Virus record (IMG/VR): IMGVR_UViG_2675903055_000001
Location: 26,476 to 90,475 of that record
From: a virus
Taxonomy: Duplodnaviria > Caudoviricetes
Direction: 5' to 3' (one strand)
Length of the DNA: 64,000 nucleotides
Below are positions 61,015 through 64,000 of the stretch, in pieces. Below the pieces are notes generated by a model that saw nothing but the letters and a program-made list of their open reading frames with translations, was not told the DNA's origin and searched no databases. Both the position numbers and the translations under genes were made by a program. The number at the start of each line of letters is the position of its first letter. The stretch's first letter is position 1.

Positions 61015-61602
61015 ATGGACCGAGACCAGGCGTATGCCGTCCTCGGCACCGCCATCCGCAACAGCAGGGAACGTCAGGGCCTCACCCGTCCCGACGTCGT
61101 AGCCCGCATCCAACAGGCGGGCGGCTCGGTCACCATCCGCAGCATCCTCAGCCTGGAGAAGGGCGTCGTCCCCAAGCAGCGGGCCAAGCTCCCCAGCACC
61201 GAGCCCGTTGTCGCGGCGCTCGGATGGCGCGCCGGCTGGGCCGACCGCATCCTCGCCGGCGAAGACCCCGAAGTGGTGCTCGCGCCCCTCACGGACGAAC
61301 TGGCCGCCCTACGGATCGAGCAGTCCCAAGTCACCGCGGCACGCCCGGAGGCAAGCCGCGAAGAGGTCCTCGGCATGCTGCCGGACATCTACGGGTTCAG
61401 CCGCAAGGCCGAAGCCCTGGGTGCCGACTCCCGTATCCGGGCCGAGTTCGACCGGCTCGCCGACGAACTCGTCTGGTCCATCCCCGCCACGGCCGAGCCA
61501 ACCGCGGAGTACGGGCTCGCCGCGGCACGACCCCACGCCGAGGGCGAAGGTGTCCCCGCCGACGATGCGCGGCGCATCGCCAGCGCCATGGACGGCGAGT
61601 AG
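61015..61602 (+). CDS. Immunity repressor (XRE HTH, ImmR-like)
   Basis: LGTAIRNSRERQGLTRPDVV..SILSLEKG; no S24 peptidase domain. Confidence 0.85.
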   Translation: MDRDQAYAVLGTAIRNSRERQGLTRPDVVARIQQAGGSVTIRSILSLEKGVVPKQRAKLPSTEPVVAALGWRAGWADRILAGEDPEVVLAPLTDELAALRIEQSQVTAARPEASREEVLGMLPDIYGFSRKAEALGADSRIRAEFDRLADELVWSIPATAEPTAEYGLAAARPHAEGEGVPADDARRIASAMDGE

Positions 61603-61830
61603 CCGCGGAGCCCTCGCGGCCGGCTCCGGTTTCACCTCGCCCCGAGCGGGCTGGGCCTGGCCTGTCGGCCCGGCGAGACCGCATGTGTCCGGGGTGTGCC
61701 TGAAGGCGCAAGAAGTAGAAGAAAGTTGAACGTTTTCCCGTTCTTTCCTTCCCTTGCTCACAGCCCATCAGGTACACCTGTAGGTCCACGCCTCCTCGTG
61801 TACTGCGGTAACGCAACGCAAGGGGGCGCC

Positions 61831-62280
61831 ATGTCTGTTGCCGAGTCCTTCTACATCGAGGCCGGTCGACAGTACTCGCCGCACGACGCGGTGGACATGC
61901 TGGGCATCTCGATCGCCCGGACCTGGCTGCGCGACACGTGGGGGGCATGGTGCGCAACCAGGCGAAAGATCGTGATCGCCACGGGACTGTCCGTCGTGCA
62001 GGAGCGGTGCGTCCTGGCGCACGAGATCGAGCACGTGCTGGCCGACCACGACGGGTGCGCGACCGGGGTCGTGGCGGTCCGTCAGGAGCGGCGCGCCGAC
62101 ATCGAGGCGGCCCGGAAGCTGATCGCGATATCGGATCTGTGCGAGGTGGCCCAGTGGGCCGATGACATCCGTGTCGCCGCGCACGAGTTGCATGTGACCG
62201 AGCGCATGCTGCGTGTGCGGCTGCGGGATCTCGACGGGGAGGCGTGGCCGTGGCCGGCCGCGGAGAGGGGCGTCGGGTGA
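61831..62280 (+). CDS. immA: ImmA/IrrE-family metallopeptidase (anti-repressor)
   Basis: ERCVLAHEIEH (HExxH), E..AD..AARKLI. Confidence 0.9.
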   Translation: MSVAESFYIEAGRQYSPHDAVDMLGISIARTWLRDTWGAWCATRRKIVIATGLSVVQERCVLAHEIEHVLADHDGCATGVVAVRQERRADIEAARKLIAISDLCEVAQWADDIRVAAHELHVTERMLRVRLRDLDGEAWPWPAAERGVG

Positions 62281-62310
62281 CCGGGCGGCCGGGGCGGGCG
62301 GGCTGGCGGC

Positions 62311-62338
62311 GTCTCACGATGTCTCACACATCTCTCAC
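62311..62338 (+). repeat. Three (G/C)TCTCAC direct repeats, probable integrase arm-type sites
   Basis: At 62311, 62321 and 62332, ~10 bp apart, ~100 bp from the att core. Confidence 0.65.
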
Positions 62339-62429
62339 GGCGTGCGGTCCGGTGTCCGCGTGGGATGCCTCTGACCTGCACCGCAGCGACATACAGTGCA
62401 TCACATGGCGCGTGTGGCGCGCTTGCCGG

Positions 62430-62475
62430 TGACTGGGGGTCAAGGGGTCGTGGGTTCAAATCCCGCCGTCCCGAC
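62430..62475 (+). other. Attachment-site core: duplicated 3' half of tRNA-Pro(GGG)
   Basis: TGACTGGGGGTCAAGGGGTCGTGGGTTCAAATCCCGCCGTCCCGAC covers anticodon loop to acceptor 3' strand; no intact 5' half. Confidence 0.85.
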
Positions 62476-62493
62476 TGCGAAGATCGCAGATCG

Positions 62494-62529
62494 GAAGCCG
62501 TTCCAGCATTTGCTGGGACGGCTTCTTTC
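62494..62529 (+). terminator. Host tRNA terminator
   Basis: GAAGCCGTTCCAGC/GCTGGGACGGCTTC stem followed by TTTC. Confidence 0.75.
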
Positions 62530-62974
62530 GTGCATGCGTTTGCTCCCATGACGGGAGCCCTCTGGGACCACTCGCGCTCCCGCGCCCGTCAGCCGTGCCC
62601 GTTTCTCCGTCCCACGATCGGGTCGAGGTTGTGCGCGGTACGCCGCTGCTGCGCGCCGTCGTCAGCGGTGCCGTGTCGCCACGCCCCGCCGGGTGGACGG
62701 GTATTCCCGGACAGAAGGCGCAAGAGCCCCTGGACCGCACGGGAAGGAAGGGCCGACCCCTATGGGCCTAGCATCTGACGCATTCCGCACCCCTCCCTGG
62801 CGCAGGAGAGGGCCTCTGCCCAGACCAGCGCAGCAGTGCGGGTCGTCCCGTGACGCGATCCCGCGCCTGGGACAGGCGGTTGACACTTGAGCACAGGTGG
62901 GAGCGTATCCGCGAGAGCGGGAGCGGCCGTGAGCACGGGTCCGTACGCCCAGGCAGGCCGCCGGCCCGCCGGAC

Positions 62975-64000
62975 TCACGACGCCCGGGGCGGGCGGCTGG
63001 TGTCCCGTACGACCAGCTTCGGGTCGATCACCGCTTCCTGCGGCTCCACTTCCTTGTTGTCCAGCCGCTGCCTCGCGAAGCGCACGGCGTGCTCGGCCAT
63101 GAGGACGGCGTCCTGACGGACGGTCGTCAGACCGACGGGCATGAGGTGGGACAGGTGGCTGTCGTCGTAGCCGATGACGGACACCTCCCCGGGGACATCG
63201 ACACCGGTCCGGCTGAAAGCCATCAACAGACCCATGGCGCAGCGATCGTTGGCCGCCAGGACCGCTGTCGGGAGCGGTTGTCCGGCGTCGCGTTCGGACG
63301 CCAGGAGTCGGCCGACGCCGATACCCGACTCCTCCGTGTGGCTGCCCGGGATCACACGGAGCTCGGAACCCAGTCCGTGACGGCGCATGGCGGCGCGGTA
63401 GGCGCGGCGCCGCTCGGCCGAACCCGGCCCTCGGCCACCGTCGATGTGGACGATCCGACGGTGGCCCATCTCCACGAGGTGGTCCATGGCCTGCCGTACG
63501 CCTTTGCCCTCCGCGCTGCGCACAGAGTCGATCCCTGCCCCCCGCATCCGCCGGGCGACCGAGACGGCCACGGTCCGCTGCCCGAGAGCATCGAGTTCGG
63601 CGGCCGTCGCCTCCGGGCCGAGCAGGATCACAGCCTCGCAGCGGTGACTGAGCAGCGCCTCGACGGCCTTCGGCTCGCCCCTGCCCTGGGCCGTCGCGGA
63701 GAGCAGGACGTCGTAGCCGTGCCGATCGGCCTCGGCGTAGATGCCCTCGATGAGATCGGCGTGGAAGGTCTGGTGCGCGGTGAACATGACGCCGAGCGCC
63801 CGGCTGCGGCCGCGGGCGAGGAGTCGGGCGGCGCTGTCGGGGCGGTAGCCGATCTCGTCGGCGACGCGCAGCACCCGGTCGCGGGTTTCCTGGCCGGCCC
63901 CCGGCTGGTTGCGGAAGACGATCGAGACCAGCGCCCGCGAGACGCCTGCCTCCGCGGCGACGTCCGCCATGGTGGGACGCTGCTTGCCCGTCGCATCCAC
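62975..64000 (-). CDS. Host LacI-family transcriptional regulator
   Basis: PTMADVAAEAGVSRALVS HTH, sugar-binding domain, LTTVRQD; start at window edge uncertain. Confidence 0.95.
   Translation of the reverse strand: MDATGKQRPTMADVAAEAGVSRALVSIVFRNQPGAGQETRDRVLRVADEIGYRPDSAARLLARGRSRALGVMFTAHQTFHADLIEGIYAEADRHGYDVLLSATAQGRGEPKAVEALLSHRCEAVILLGPEATAAELDALGQRTVAVSVARRMRGAGIDSVRSAEGKGVRQAMDHLVEMGHRRIVHIDGGRGPGSAERRRAYRAAMRRHGLGSELRVIPGSHTEESGIGVGRLLASERDAGQPLPTAVLAANDRCAMGLLMAFSRTGVDVPGEVSVIGYDDSHLSHLMPVGLTTVRQDAVLMAEHAVRFARQRLDNKEVEPQEAVIDPKLVVRDTSRPPRAS

Larger units (their letters stand above)
1..62475 (-). mobile_element. Temperate siphovirus prophage (>62 kb, left end outside window), integrated at tRNA-Pro
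   Basis: Canonical terminase-portal-scaffold-capsid-tail order, replication/recombination genes, repressor switch and a tRNA 3' duplication at the right end. Confidence 0.97.

Noticed and set aside
62405-62475. Complete tRNA-Pro gene
   Set aside because: Only the anticodon-to-3' half matches; upstream GTGGCGCGCTTG is at best a degenerate echo with no acceptor 5' strand or D-stem
62530-62974. Possible promoter/operator (TTGACA at ~62880) or small gene after att
   Set aside because: No convincing -10 element or ORF; treated as ordinary host intergenic DNA
1-64000. Reverse transcriptase, retron, DGR, IS transposase, rRNA
   Set aside because: No YxDD RT motif, DDE transposase, TR/VR pair or rRNA-like sequence recognised

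Overview
Almost the whole window (1 to ~62,475) is one large temperate siphovirus prophage in a high-GC actinomycete, most likely Streptomyces, encoded mainly on the minus strand. From left to right it holds: the tape-measure N-terminus, tail and head genes, the terminase/packaging region, a late-control region, a mosaic accessory region, replication and recombination genes, the cro/repressor/ImmA switch, and the right attachment site (duplicated 3' half of tRNA-Pro(GGG)). A host LacI regulator follows. The integrase, lysis genes and distal tail genes must lie left of the window. Main unusual signals: (1) a self-regulated, plasmid-spread (spd)-like membrane operon with a three-hairpin leader and a 26-copy GTAC array inside a membrane/HTH gene, but no TraB/FtsK motor; (2) a bldA-type tRNA-Leu(UAA) lacking the long variable arm; (3) a PglX/BREX methyltransferase homologue that stops before its catalytic motif and ends in a clamp-binding-like motif; (4) dpdA plus a VUT transporter; (5) a nine-hairpin non-coding array; (6) a Phd/GIY-YIG pair; (7) a capsid-coupled glycosyltransferase; (8) a GATC-dense packaging region. 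Family assignments come from motif recognition and memory, not database searches. Counts are hand counts.
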